A stretch of 32,000 nucleotides of DNA from Candidatus Iainarchaeum sp. (GCA_037441475.1 JBBISB010000002.1:30001-62000), one strand, 5' to 3'. Positions 1 through 9,802 are shown, numbered from the stretch's first letter. A program made the numbers and translations. The notes: a model not told the origin generated them from the sequence alone.

Positions 1-395
1 TCAAGTCTATCTAAACCTAATATATATGTTGCTGAGTTTGAGATAAGACCAAAAGGATGAGCTATTGTTATCATATAATTTTTTTTAGAACAAAAATCAA
101 TTAATCTTCTTAAAGCAACTTTATTTTCATAAAGTATAGAATAGTTATACATCTCTTCATCAGAAGAGTAGACTAAGACCTCTCCTGAGTCTGTCATTAT
201 CTTTATTCCAGGTATTAATATTTTATCTTTAGGTTTATATTTTAAAAGATCTAAGTATGCTTTCTTTGGATCTAAATAATTATATTCAGTTATGGCTGTA
301 CCTAAAAGATTATTTTCACAAACTATTTTCCAATATTTCTTTACAGACTCTTTGTTTTTATGTAAGTGAGTGTGCAAATCTATGTTATAAAGCAT
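1..395 (-). CDS. PHP-domain metal-dependent phosphoesterase family protein, partial (N-terminal 131 aa, continues off the window)
   Basis: My translation from the ATG at 395: MLYNIDLHTHLHKNKESVKKYWKIVCENNLLGTAITEYNYLDPKK...IPGIKIMTDSGEVLVYS...YMITIAHPFG; DLHTHLH and IAHPF motifs. Absent from the ORF track because it runs off the edge. Confidence 0.75.
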   Translation of the reverse strand, partial: MLYNIDLHTHLHKNKESVKKYWKIVCENNLLGTAITEYNYLDPKKAYLDLLKYKPKDKILIPGIKIMTDSGEVLVYSSDEEMYNYSILYENKVALRRLIDFCSKKNYMITIAHPFGLISNSATYILGLDRL

Positions 396-534
396 ATTAT
401 ATATTTATAAACCTATTACTATATATTTATTTTGCTTATATAATATATATTATAGACACATAACTTAAGAATTATATTAATATTTACGATATAGTAAATA
501 ATTATTTAACAACAAAAAAAGGACGTGAACAAAA

Positions 535-1839
535 ATGAAAATAAAATGTTTAGGTGCTGGTCATGAAGTAGGAAGAAGTGGCTTTCTTGTTTCAGGCACC
601 GATAAGATACTGTTTGATTATGGTTTAAAGTTAAACCCAAGATATCTTAATGAAAAATCAGAAAAAATTGATTTTGAAGGAAATATAGAAGAACCTATTA
701 AAATAACAGAACAAATAGATGGAGTTATCTTAAGCCACGCACATTTAGATCATTCAGGAGACATACCTTCACTTTACAAGAAAAATTCTCCTAATCTTTT
801 TTTAACTCAAGCAACTTTAGATCTTTCATCTTTACTTTGGAAAGACACCTTAAAGATTGCAAAGTTTGAACAGAAAAAACCACCTTATGAAATTGATCAG
901 ATGTATGCTGCTTTAGATAGTGCTTTTTATTTAAAGTTAAGAAGCCCTACAGAAATTACAAAACATACAAAATTAACATTATACGATGCAGGGCACATTA
1001 CAGGAAGTGTTATATCTGTTCTTGAAATGGATGGTAAAAAAATAATGTATACTGGAGATTTTAGAGCATCAGAAAGTTCCTTATTTCCAGGTTATGATAA
1101 AGATTTACCAGAAGTGGATTATTTAATAATTGAAAGTACTTATGGTTCTTCAAATCACTTGCCTAGAAAAAAAATAGAGCAAGAACTAATATCTGAGATA
1201 CAAACAACTTTAAAGAAAAAAGGAACTGTTATGCTTGCATCTTTTGCTATTGAAAGAACACAAGAAATAATTAATCTTTTACATGACTATAAAATAAAAG
1301 TGCCTATCTATGTAGATGGTATGGGTGTTAAGGCAACAGATATTTTCTTAAGATATCCAGAATATTTTAAAAACTTTAAAGAGTTTAAGAAAGCAACATC
1401 AGAAGTAGTTTTTATTAAAAATAGTAAGATTAGAAAGAATGTTTTTAATGAAACAAAACCATGCATAATTGTTTCAACAGCAGGTATGCTTGAAGGTGGA
1501 CCAATGCTTTTATACCTTAAGGAGTTTGGAGATAGTAATATCAATAAATTAATAATGACAGGATACCAAGTAGAAGGAACAAATGGGCATAGGTTAAAAA
1601 CTACAGGTAAACTATTCATTGATGGGGCCCTTTATCAACCAAGATGTGAAGTTAAGCATGTTAGTTTTTCAGGACATCCTGATAAATATGAACTTATGGA
1701 GTTTGTAAATCTTGTAAACCCTAAAAAAGTTATTTGTATACATGGAGATACTCATGCTGTAAATGACTTTGTTGCTGACTTAAAGAAAGAAGGGTATGAG
1801 GCAGTAGCACCTATCACTGGTGAGACAGTAGAATTATAA
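535..1839 (+). CDS. MBL-fold / beta-CASP ribonuclease (archaeal CPSF2/RNase J-like exonuclease)
   Basis: HAHLDHSG motif, YTGDFRASES, ESTYG, beta-CASP region with VSTAGMLEGGP and FSGHPD...CIHGD. Confidence 0.9.
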   Translation: MKIKCLGAGHEVGRSGFLVSGTDKILFDYGLKLNPRYLNEKSEKIDFEGNIEEPIKITEQIDGVILSHAHLDHSGDIPSLYKKNSPNLFLTQATLDLSSLLWKDTLKIAKFEQKKPPYEIDQMYAALDSAFYLKLRSPTEITKHTKLTLYDAGHITGSVISVLEMDGKKIMYTGDFRASESSLFPGYDKDLPEVDYLIIESTYGSSNHLPRKKIEQELISEIQTTLKKKGTVMLASFAIERTQEIINLLHDYKIKVPIYVDGMGVKATDIFLRYPEYFKNFKEFKKATSEVVFIKNSKIRKNVFNETKPCIIVSTAGMLEGGPMLLYLKEFGDSNINKLIMTGYQVEGTNGHRLKTTGKLFIDGALYQPRCEVKHVSFSGHPDKYELMEFVNLVNPKKVICIHGDTHAVNDFVADLKKEGYEAVAPITGETVEL

Positions 1840-1854
1840 AAGATTTGATTTTGT

Positions 1855-2613
1855 ATGAAGAGATTTTGTCCTAAATGTGGAAAAACAATAACTGAAGAAG
1901 GAATGATAAATAACTTTTGTATAGATTGTTATATGTCAGAAAATGAACTAATTAAAGTTCCAGAGATAGACATCTCTCTTTGTGTTAAATGTTTTAAGAT
2001 AAAGATGGGTAAGAAATGGTATAATAGCTTTGAAGGTTTAGAAGAAGACATTTCAAAGAGTATTAAATCAAAGGAACTATATCAACCAAAAGCAACTACT
2101 AAAGTAAACATTGATCTTGAAAATAATATCCATAATGCTGATATTACAGTTAACACCATTATAGGTAATAAATTTAAGGAACTTAATTATAATGTTAATA
2201 TCAATATTAAGAAAGATACTTGTGTTAGTTGTTCAAGGATTGCAGGAAACTACTATACAACCATCTTACAGTTAAGGTTTAATGATAAAAAATTACAAAA
2301 ATTAATTTATGATAAAATAATTGATGAAATATATACAATTATTAATTCCATTAATGAAAAGACAAGTAGACCTTCAGCAAACATAAATATTGTTAAAGAA
2401 GTTCCTCAAAAGAATGGAATTGATTTTTATACAGATAACTTGAAGTATACAAAAAATCTTGCTGTTCACCTAATGAAACATAAGAGTGCACTTGAAAGAA
2501 AGTATTCTAAAAGCCTTGTAGGTATTGATAAGGATGGTAAAGACCTTATAAGAACCACTATTTGTATACACTTTGGGTATAAGAAGTTAGATGTAATAAA
2601 AAGTGAAGAATAG
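1855..2613 (+). CDS. NMD3-like protein, N-terminal zinc-binding region (ribosome-associated family)
   Basis: CPKCGKTITEEG...CIDCY, CVKC and CVSCSRIAGNYYTTILQLRF layout typical of archaeal NMD3 homologues. Confidence 0.8.
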   Translation: MKRFCPKCGKTITEEGMINNFCIDCYMSENELIKVPEIDISLCVKCFKIKMGKKWYNSFEGLEEDISKSIKSKELYQPKATTKVNIDLENNIHNADITVNTIIGNKFKELNYNVNINIKKDTCVSCSRIAGNYYTTILQLRFNDKKLQKLIYDKIIDEIYTIINSINEKTSRPSANINIVKEVPQKNGIDFYTDNLKYTKNLAVHLMKHKSALERKYSKSLVGIDKDGKDLIRTTICIHFGYKKLDVIKSEE

Positions 2614-2640
2614 TTTTTTATTTTTTATAAAAAAACTATT
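2609..2640. terminator. Probable bidirectional terminator hairpin between convergent genes
   Basis: AATAGTTTTTT (2609-2619) is the exact reverse complement of AAAAAACTATT (2630-2640); overlaps the stop codons of both convergent genes. Confidence 0.5.
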
Positions 2641-3292
2641 TCATTTTTCTAAGCTGACTTACCTTTCCTTTCATAGAGATTACTAAAAGTTTATCTTTCT
2701 TTTCAAGAAGCATACTATCTTCTGTGAACATAAACTTTCCAGCTCTGTAAAGACCAATGGTTCTAGTTTCTCCTGGTATCTTTTCATTAAAGAACTTAAC
2801 ATCTTTTCCTATGTACTTTGAATCATCGTCTAGAGAGATTTCTACAATTTCGGCATCTCCTTTGGAATAGAAAGTTAAGTCAAGAACATCAGGTTGAGTT
2901 ATTAGTTGAGTTATGTAACTTGCAGCAGCAGCTTCTGGATGAATAACAACATCAATACCTAATTTTTTAATAATAGGACCATGATAATGAACCTTGCTTA
3001 AAGAAACTGCAACTGTTTTTACCCCAAGCTCCTTTGCCATTAAGCCTATTATAAGGTTTGTTTCATCTATTTCTGTTAAAGATATTAAAATGTCTGCATG
3101 ATCAATTCCTGCTTTCTCTAAAACTGAAGGTTCAGTTCCGTTTCCTGTAATTGAAACAATATCTAAGTCATTAGAAACTTTTTGACTTCTTAATGAATCT
3201 TTTTCAACAACAACTACATCATGGTTTTCAGAAATTAAAAGCTCTGTCACATAATAACCTAAATTTCCACATCCAACAACTATAATATACAT
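2636..3292 (-). CDS. trkA: TrkA-type K+ channel/transporter regulatory subunit (TrkA-N + TrkA-C)
   Basis: GCGNLGYYV Rossmann motif, VSITGNGTEPSVLEKAG, C-terminal RCK-C-like region; adjacent to trkH. Confidence 0.9.
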   Translation of the reverse strand: MYIIVVGCGNLGYYVTELLISENHDVVVVEKDSLRSQKVSNDLDIVSITGNGTEPSVLEKAGIDHADILISLTEIDETNLIIGLMAKELGVKTVAVSLSKVHYHGPIIKKLGIDVVIHPEAAAASYITQLITQPDVLDLTFYSKGDAEIVEISLDDDSKYIGKDVKFFNEKIPGETRTIGLYRAGKFMFTEDSMLLEKKDKLLVISMKGKVSQLRKMK

Positions 3293-3311
3293 ATATCATC
3301 ATCCCTTAAAT

Positions 3312-4775
3312 TTATACTAAATATTTTCTTGAAAAAAGAATACCTAAAACAGAAAGTAGTGGTATTATCTCAAGTCTCCCAACCCACATATTAACTATAA
3401 GCATTACCTTTAAACTACCATGTATTGAACTATCTGTTAAACCTGTTGATATTCCAACATTACTTTGTGCTGAAATTACCTCAAAGACACTTTCTTGTAA
3501 ACCATAACCATGGAAGGTGAAAAATAAAACACCTAAAACAATAAAGAAAAGATACATGAATATTAAAAAATAAACAAACCTTATCTTTGCATTATCGACT
3601 ATTTCTCCATTGTATCTTTTAGAAAAATAAGCAATGTCTGGTAGATTTAATTGTCTTATTCTCCAAAAAATAGATTTTATGGAAAGAATTAATCTTTCAA
3701 CCTTTATACCACCTGTAGTTGAACCAGTTGATCCACCTACAAACATTAAAATTAAAAAAATTAAGAAAATAAATGGAGAAACAGATAAAAGATTACTACT
3801 TGCAAAAGTTGTAAAACCACCACAAGAGGTCATACCAACAACTGTTAATAAGACAATTATAAAATCTGCAGACCCTCTTAATTTTAAGAAAATTAAAATT
3901 GCTGCAAAGAACATTATTACAAGCATATAAAGAAACTGCTTGTCTTTAAGATAAACCTTAAAGGATCTTTTAAAATAAAAACTAAAATGTAAAAGAAAGG
4001 AGGTTGCACCTAAAATCATTAAGAATATTAAAGTAACATATATTGGAAGATTACCTATAATCTCTAAACTTTGAGAATTAGATTGAGAACCGGTTGTTGA
4101 AACAGCTGACATAGAATAATTGAAGGAATCAAATAAAGTCATTCCAAAAATATTTAAAAGAATAACACCTATCAAGGTTATTACAAGGTATATTATCCAC
4201 ATATCAATAATTGTTCTCTTAATGTTAGGTCTTATCCTTTCATGTCCTTCAGCTGAAATTAATTTTGAAGAACCAGAAAAACCTTTCATGAAACCAAAAA
4301 AGGCTAAGACAATAATACCAATCCCACCTATCCATGAGATAAAGGATCTCCAAAGAGAAAGACTTTTTAAAGGAGGAACAAGGTTATCATACATTGTAAG
4401 CCCAGTGGTTGTTAAAGAAGACATGGATTCAAAATAAGAATCAAGTAAACTCATTTCTGGAGATAAGAAATAAAAGGGAAGAGAGGTAAAGAAAGCATAT
4501 AAAAGCCATACAAAGACAACAACTATTAAGGCCTGTGTTAAGGTTATTGAAAAAAGGTTATCGCTACCTAAAACTTTTTTTTTAGTTATTGATTTTTCTA
4601 AAAGGTATCCTAAAAGAAAAGTAAATAAAAATATTAAAAAATAAACTAAAGAAACATTTATTCCTTCTTTAAAGATAAAAGAAAAGATTACTGGAAAAAG
4701 AAGAGTAAAGCTACTGTAAAAAAGAATCTGGCCTGTTGACTTAAAGACATTTTTATAGTTCCAGTAATAGCTCAT
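3312..4775 (-). CDS. trkH: TrkH/KtrB-family potassium uptake membrane protein
   Basis: Selectivity-filter-like segments SLTTTGLT, AVSTTGSQ, MTSCGGFTT, SAQSNVGISTG; FVGGSTGSTTGGIKVER. Confidence 0.9.
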   Translation of the reverse strand: MSYYWNYKNVFKSTGQILFYSSFTLLFPVIFSFIFKEGINVSLVYFLIFLFTFLLGYLLEKSITKKKVLGSDNLFSITLTQALIVVVFVWLLYAFFTSLPFYFLSPEMSLLDSYFESMSSLTTTGLTMYDNLVPPLKSLSLWRSFISWIGGIGIIVLAFFGFMKGFSGSSKLISAEGHERIRPNIKRTIIDMWIIYLVITLIGVILLNIFGMTLFDSFNYSMSAVSTTGSQSNSQSLEIIGNLPIYVTLIFLMILGATSFLLHFSFYFKRSFKVYLKDKQFLYMLVIMFFAAILIFLKLRGSADFIIVLLTVVGMTSCGGFTTFASSNLLSVSPFIFLIFLILMFVGGSTGSTTGGIKVERLILSIKSIFWRIRQLNLPDIAYFSKRYNGEIVDNAKIRFVYFLIFMYLFFIVLGVLFFTFHGYGLQESVFEVISAQSNVGISTGLTDSSIHGSLKVMLIVNMWVGRLEIIPLLSVLGILFSRKYLV

Positions 4776-4965
4776 ATATCTTTCTTCTAACCTTTATTTA
4801 TTATAAATTTATAATATATAGGTTATAGTAAGTATTTTTAAAGATATATTTTTAAAAGAAATAAAAAATATTAAGGTTTGTAAAAAAAAGAATTTATTTT
4901 TAGTAATAAAAATAAATTAAATGAGGACCATTAAGCATTTTATAAAAAGTAGAAAAAGAAATGGA

Positions 4966-4993
4966 AATAGTGTTTTTTTTAAAAAACACTATT
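4966..4993 (-). terminator. Near-perfect palindromic hairpin, possible terminator for the micro-ORF pair
   Basis: AATAGTGTTTTTTTTAAAAAACACTATT; arms AATAGTGTTTTTT / AAAAAACACTATT. Confidence 0.35.
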
Positions 4994-5036
4994 ATATAAA
5001 AAGTTTTTAAAAATTAAGGTATAATATCTTTAGACC

Positions 5037-5096
5037 TTATTTTTTCTTTTTAGCAACAGGTTTAGCAGCAGGTTTAGCAGCTTTTTTTTGAGCCAT
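5037..5096 (-). CDS. Putative 19-aa basic microprotein MAQKKAAKPAAKPVAKKKK
   Basis: My translation; preceded by a strong Shine-Dalgarno-like GGGGGAG seven nt before the ATG. Not in the ORF track because of its size. Confidence 0.45.
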   Translation of the reverse strand: MAQKKAAKPAAKPVAKKKK

Positions 5097-5140
5097 TTTA
5101 TTTCTCCCCCTTTTATAAAAACTTATAAATATTATTGTGC

Positions 5141-5320
5141 TTAATAGTCATCATCATCGTCGTCTTCGTCAATTACTGGCTTTGATGGTTTCTTTTTAAA
5201 GTCTTCTTTAAGATCTTCGTCATCTTCAAAGTCATCTTCAAAGTCATCTTCATCAAAATCTTCGTAAACTTCTTCGTCGTCGTAGTCTTTCTTCGCCATT
5301 GCAATAAATGATTTGCTCAT
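5141..5320 (-). CDS. Putative 59-aa highly acidic small protein
   Basis: My translation: MSKSFIAMAKKDYDDEEVYEDFDEDDFEDDFEDDEDLKEDFKKKPSKPVIDEDDDDDDY; GGGGGA Shine-Dalgarno-like element upstream. Confidence 0.65.
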   Translation of the reverse strand: MSKSFIAMAKKDYDDEEVYEDFDEDDFEDDFEDDEDLKEDFKKKPSKPVIDEDDDDDDY

Positions 5321-5536
5321 ATGACCATTTCCCCCAATTATTTACCAATAATTAATTATTGATAGATATATATTTTAAAGAGGCAGCTAAGCTTTTAAAT
5401 CTTACTCTGCACTAAAAATCATAGATAAGATTTAAATACTTATTTGTAGTATATTTAATGAGATATTATTAATACCCTTGAAAGCTTATTTTATAATAAC
5501 TCTTAAAAAATATTCAAGAAATGAAGAAAAAGATAA

Positions 5537-5567
5537 CTCTAAATAGCTAATATACAACTATTTAGAG
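5537..5567 (-). terminator. Hairpin downstream of aspS, candidate terminator
   Basis: CTCTAAATAG (5537-5546) and CTATTTAGAG (5558-5567) form a perfect 10-bp stem; T-rich stretch follows on the minus strand. Confidence 0.5.
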
Positions 5568-5587
5568 GTTTTAGTAAAAGACACATT

Positions 5588-6916
5588 TTATGGATTTAAT
5601 CTATCTGTATCTCTTGGAAGGAAGGTTACTTCTCTAACGTTTTTCATGTCAAGCATTAACATTAAAAACCTTGTAGGGCTTATAGCAAAGCCACCGTGAG
5701 GAGGGCAACCATATCTAAAGAAATTTAAATAATCCTGTATTAAATCAAGATTGATTTTCTTTTCAACAGCCTGTTCTCTTAAGATATCTGTTCTGTGTTC
5801 TCTTTGAGCACCAGTTGTAACTTCAACACCTTTCCATATAAGGTCAAAACTTTTTGTAAGTCCATCTTCTTTTTTCATATGATAAAATGGTCTTGCTGAG
5901 TAAGGGTAATCTTTGATAAAAACAAACTCATGATTAAAAGTTTCTTTAACATATTCAAAAATTAATTTTTCTCCATCTGCATCAAGATCATCTTCAGGTC
6001 CCTTATATCCTTTTTTTCTTACAATCTCTTGAGCTTCTTTCATTGTAAGTCTTGGGAATGGAAGAGGAGGAACAATAACTTCTTGATTGAAGATATTTTT
6101 AATTTCTTCACCATATTCTTCTTTTATTCTTCCTATAAAATAATTAATCCAAGATTCTTCTAAATGCATTACATCTTCATGAGAATCAATATATGAAATT
6201 TCCATATCAATCATTGTAAATTCTGTATCATGTCTTGATGTGTGAGAAGGATTAGCTCTGAAAACAGGATTGATTTCAAATATTTTTTCAAAACCAGCAG
6301 ACATTGCCATTTGTTTATAGAATTGTGGAGACTGTGCAAGGTAAGCTCTTTTTCCAAAATAATCTACAGAAAAAAGTTCAGCACCAGATTCGCTTGGAGC
6401 ACCCATAAACTTAGGAGAATGTATTTGTATAAATTCATTTTTTGCCCAAAACTCTCTCATTGCTTTTTCCATAAAAGTGCCTATCTTAAAGATTAAAAGA
6501 TTTTTAGGTTTTCTTAAATCAATCCACCTATAATCAAGTCTTTTTGAAAGATCAGCAGAGTCTTTTCCTAAAACAACTTGTATTGGAAGATTAACATCTG
6601 CTGTTGAAAGAATTTCAATGTTTTTCACTAAAAGTTCAATTTCATTTTCAGTAACCTCTTGACCCTTAACTGTTGCTTTTTGAACAACACCTTTAACTGA
6701 AATTACTGACTCTCTTGTAATATTTTTTATATCTTCAAAAGAAGCTGAATCACTTGTAACTACAAGCTGTACTATTCCAGAATTATCTCTTAAAAGTAAA
6801 AAAGCTATTTTACTTTGTGCTCTTATTTCATGTACAAAACCCTTAAGTAGGACTTCTTGAGAAACTTTATTATTTAATTGATTAACTTTTGTTCTTTCCA
6901 TATTTAAAAACCTCAT
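5588..6916 (-). CDS. aspS: Aspartyl-tRNA synthetase (archaeal-type AspRS/AsnRS family)
   Basis: N-terminal OB-fold (GFVHEIRAQSKIAFLLLRD), class II motifs ESGAELFSVDYFGKRAYLAQSPQFYKQMAM, FEINPVFRAN.SHTSRHDTEFTMIDMEISY, GGFAISPTRFLMLMLDMKNVREVTFLPRD. Confidence 0.95.
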   Translation of the reverse strand: MRFLNMERTKVNQLNNKVSQEVLLKGFVHEIRAQSKIAFLLLRDNSGIVQLVVTSDSASFEDIKNITRESVISVKGVVQKATVKGQEVTENEIELLVKNIEILSTADVNLPIQVVLGKDSADLSKRLDYRWIDLRKPKNLLIFKIGTFMEKAMREFWAKNEFIQIHSPKFMGAPSESGAELFSVDYFGKRAYLAQSPQFYKQMAMSAGFEKIFEINPVFRANPSHTSRHDTEFTMIDMEISYIDSHEDVMHLEESWINYFIGRIKEEYGEEIKNIFNQEVIVPPLPFPRLTMKEAQEIVRKKGYKGPEDDLDADGEKLIFEYVKETFNHEFVFIKDYPYSARPFYHMKKEDGLTKSFDLIWKGVEVTTGAQREHRTDILREQAVEKKINLDLIQDYLNFFRYGCPPHGGFAISPTRFLMLMLDMKNVREVTFLPRDTDRLNP

Positions 6917-7022
6917 AAAACTATCGTCTATATCGAATATATATAATATAATTAAAATAATTTATATATGTTACTAATGGAAAAAAAGTGAAAATTTAAA
7001 AATAATAATAATATTTAAAAAG

Positions 7023-7097
7023 CAGACCGGATGGGATTTGAACCCACGATCCCAAGCTTAGGAGGCTTGTGCGATATCCAGGCTTCGCTACCGGTCT
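7023..7097 (-). tRNA. tRNA-Arg(CCU)
   Basis: Cloverleaf: AGACCGG/CCGGTCT acceptor, GCGA/TCGC D stem, CAAGC-CTCCTAA-GCTTG anticodon arm (anticodon CCU), GTGGG-TTCAAAT-CCCAT T arm, G discriminator, no encoded CCA. Confidence 0.95.
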
Positions 7098-7098
7098 T

Positions 7099-7464
7099 TT
7101 ATTTGCCAAAAGTTATTTTTTTACAAGTTACAACCAAAACACCTTTACAAGGAAAACCTTTATTCTCTTTTAAACCTTTTACAAAATCATAATATTTTCC
7201 AGAGGTTTTATAATCTACTTTTCCAGAGATATATAGAAAACCTTCTTTTAAAGAACCAACACATAAAGACACAACATTATTTTCTAAAAGATTATCTTTA
7301 GTAACTTTCATATAATTGTCTGTTATTAAAAGCTTATTTTCAAAAACCTTACAATCTTGACAAACAATAACATGTGGTTTTGATGATTTTGAAGAGGTTG
7401 AAATAAAAATTAAATTACTTTCAATTAACTTTTTATTATCATTTAATAAATCCATAAAAACCAA
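7099..7464 (-). CDS. Pyridoxamine 5'-phosphate oxidase-like (PNPOx/FMN-binding split barrel) protein
   Basis: NLIFISTSSKSSKPHVIVC...LLITDNYMKVTKDNLLENNVVSLCV...GFLYISGKVDY pattern. Confidence 0.7.
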   Translation of the reverse strand: MVFMDLLNDNKKLIESNLIFISTSSKSSKPHVIVCQDCKVFENKLLITDNYMKVTKDNLLENNVVSLCVGSLKEGFLYISGKVDYKTSGKYYDFVKGLKENKGFPCKGVLVVTCKKITFGK

Positions 7465-7570
7465 CCTTTTTAAATCATTGCAATATTACAAATATATAAG
7501 TATACTTAAATTTATATTATATTTGTTTTATATATTATTATAGAAAAATAACTTGTAAATAAGAATAACT

Positions 7571-8131
7571 ATGACAAAAGACATTTTAATCTTTCTAGGA
7601 CCTCAAGGAAGCGGAAAAAGCACACAAGCTGAAATTATTTCTAAACAGAAAAAATACACATATATTGTTGAATCTGATTTATTAAAAGAGTTTACTTTAC
7701 AAAACACTAAAGAAGCTAAGATGGTAAAAGAAATGATGACGAGAGGAGAAATGATTCCTTTTGAGATATCCTGTGAAGTTTTATTTAACAAGATAAAAAA
7801 AGTTAAAAATAAAAAAATAATTGTAGATGGCTTTCCAAGACTTATAGACCAAACATATGTCTTAGATTATTTTGTTTACAAACACAAGCATAATCTTCAA
7901 GGTATAGTGTATATTGACCTGCCAAAAAAAGAATGTGTAAAAAGATTACTTTTAAGAAAAAGAGAAGATGATACAATAGATGTCATTAATAGAAGATTAC
8001 AGATATACTTTGAAAAAACAAAAGTTGTTTTAGAGCATTACCAAAAGAAAGGTAAATTAATAGAAATTAATGGAAACCAAACAATAGAAAATGTTACAAA
8101 AGAAATAATTAACAAAACTAAAAGATTATAG
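7571..8131 (+). CDS. adk: Adenylate kinase-type nucleoside monophosphate kinase, short LID
   Basis: FLGPQGSGKSTQAE P-loop, VDGFPRLIDQ, LLLRKREDDTIDVINRRLQIYFEKT. Confidence 0.85.
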   Translation: MTKDILIFLGPQGSGKSTQAEIISKQKKYTYIVESDLLKEFTLQNTKEAKMVKEMMTRGEMIPFEISCEVLFNKIKKVKNKKIIVDGFPRLIDQTYVLDYFVYKHKHNLQGIVYIDLPKKECVKRLLLRKREDDTIDVINRRLQIYFEKTKVVLEHYQKKGKLIEINGNQTIENVTKEIINKTKRL

Positions 8132-8140
8132 TGTGAAGTT

Positions 8141-9766
8141 ATGTCTGATGAAAGAATAATTGAAAATATTAGAAAATTAAAATCATTAGGAATGCCTAAT
8201 AACGAGATTATTGATAACCTTGTAAACATAGGTCTTTCAAAAGAAGAAAGTGAAAAACTAGTCTTAACTTCAAATGAAGAAAAGAAAGAAGAAAAAAGTG
8301 AACTTCAAGAAAAAATTAAAGAAATAAAAGAAAATTCTAAAAAGAAAGATTCAACACAGAAAAAAACAACCACTAAGAAACCAGAAAAAGAAGAAATACC
8401 AGATGATTTCTTTGCAGAAGAATCTGAAGAGATAATTGACGAGTCTATGTCTGATGACTTAGATGATGATTTTGATATAACAACCTCAAAAAAGCTTAAT
8501 AGCCTTAAGAACATATCTTCAAAGAAAAAAGATGATGAAGAGATGGATTTTACTATAGATTTAAAGAGCAATGTTAAAGAAGATAGTGAGCTTTATAAAA
8601 AGTATGAAGCAGAAGCACAAGATGAAATTTATAAAAAATACACACAAATAACTACTGAACCGTCCTCTACAAATGTAAATACAGAGGAAGTATGGCAAAA
8701 AGGTTTAGTTACAACCATTAACTCAAAATTAACTGAACTTGAAAATAAACAAAAGGCAATTGAAGACTTATTAAAATTAAAAATAGATAATGAAGTAGAT
8801 AATATTAAAAAATTCCAAGAAACTACAAAAAAAGAAATTACAACAAACACAAGTAAAGTTATTTCTGGAGAGTTTGATAAACTAAATACAAAGATTATTA
8901 CTGAAATGGCAAAACTAAAGATTGTAGAAGCAAAGACAAATAATAAACTACAAGCAATTGATCAAGATAAAAATAAAATTTTAGAACTTTCAAAAGAGTT
9001 TGAAGCACTTAAAAAAGATCTAAAGGATAATATTTTAGAAACAAAGAAAAGAACAGCCGCTATAATATCAGGAACTGAAGAAAACATTACAAAGATAATT
9101 ACAACAATGACTGTTAAGTTAAATGAAAAGATGAAAGAGATAAACAGTACTCTTGCACTTCAATCAAAGATAACTGAAGGACTTGTTAAAAACACACAAA
9201 CAACCATTGTTAATGAAATTAAAAAATTAAATCAATTTCAAAATGATATTAAATCACAGATAGACCCTAAAAGAATCTATGATAAGATAAATGAACTTGA
9301 AGAGTATAAGATAAAGCTTGCTCATAGATATGAAGAAAGATTTGAAAAAGTAAAAACTGAATTTTTACAAAAAGCAAAGGTAGCTATAAAAGTTGAAATT
9401 GAAAATGAACTTAAGGAACTTAAAACTATTAAAGCAGAAATTGTTTCAAAAACAGATCCTGCAAAAATAGAAAAGAAGCTTGAAGAGTTAAGAAAGCTTG
9501 AAGAAGATGTTATAAATTCAGTTGATACAAAAATAGAACAATCCCTTAAAATATACCAGGCATCCATAACTAAGGAATTTAAGGATAAGATGGTAGAGAT
9601 TGAAAACTATAAAAACTCTTTAGAAAAAAGTAAAGACCTTCAAAGAGATCTTGAAGATAAAGTCAAAGAGATTGATAGATTCAAAAAACAATTTATTGCT
9701 GTTATTGATGAAAATATTGAAAAAATGAACCAAAATATGAATATCTTACTACAACAAAAAAAATAA
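8141..9766 (+). CDS. Long coiled-coil protein of unknown function with a short N-terminal helical (UBA-like?) segment
   Basis: Heptad-rich K/E/I composition throughout; N-term MSDERIIENIRKLKSLGMPNNEIIDNLVNIGLSKEESEKLV. Confidence 0.7.
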   Translation: MSDERIIENIRKLKSLGMPNNEIIDNLVNIGLSKEESEKLVLTSNEEKKEEKSELQEKIKEIKENSKKKDSTQKKTTTKKPEKEEIPDDFFAEESEEIIDESMSDDLDDDFDITTSKKLNSLKNISSKKKDDEEMDFTIDLKSNVKEDSELYKKYEAEAQDEIYKKYTQITTEPSSTNVNTEEVWQKGLVTTINSKLTELENKQKAIEDLLKLKIDNEVDNIKKFQETTKKEITTNTSKVISGEFDKLNTKIITEMAKLKIVEAKTNNKLQAIDQDKNKILELSKEFEALKKDLKDNILETKKRTAAIISGTEENITKIITTMTVKLNEKMKEINSTLALQSKITEGLVKNTQTTIVNEIKKLNQFQNDIKSQIDPKRIYDKINELEEYKIKLAHRYEERFEKVKTEFLQKAKVAIKVEIENELKELKTIKAEIVSKTDPAKIEKKLEELRKLEEDVINSVDTKIEQSLKIYQASITKEFKDKMVEIENYKNSLEKSKDLQRDLEDKVKEIDRFKKQFIAVIDENIEKMNQNMNILLQQKK

Positions 9767-9774
9767 AAAAAAGG

Positions 9775-9802
9775 ATGTTAGAAAAAAATTAATTTCTAAC
9801 AT
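9775..9802. terminator. Hairpin at convergent gene ends, probable shared terminator
   Basis: ATGTTAGAAA (9775-9784) / TTTCTAACAT (9793-9802), perfect 10 bp, with long A/T tracts on both sides; includes the final codons of the minus-strand gene. Confidence 0.55.

Noticed and set aside
257-463. 68-aa ORF MLSLDLNNYIQLW...
   Set aside because: Antisense to the partial PHP-domain gene and running into AT-rich intergenic DNA; no motif or ribosome-binding site.
8441-8540. Repeated TGATGA/CTGA strings resembling C/D boxes
   Set aside because: They encode an Asp-rich stretch (MSDDLDDDFD) in the coiled-coil gene; box spacing is wrong and no guide is evident.
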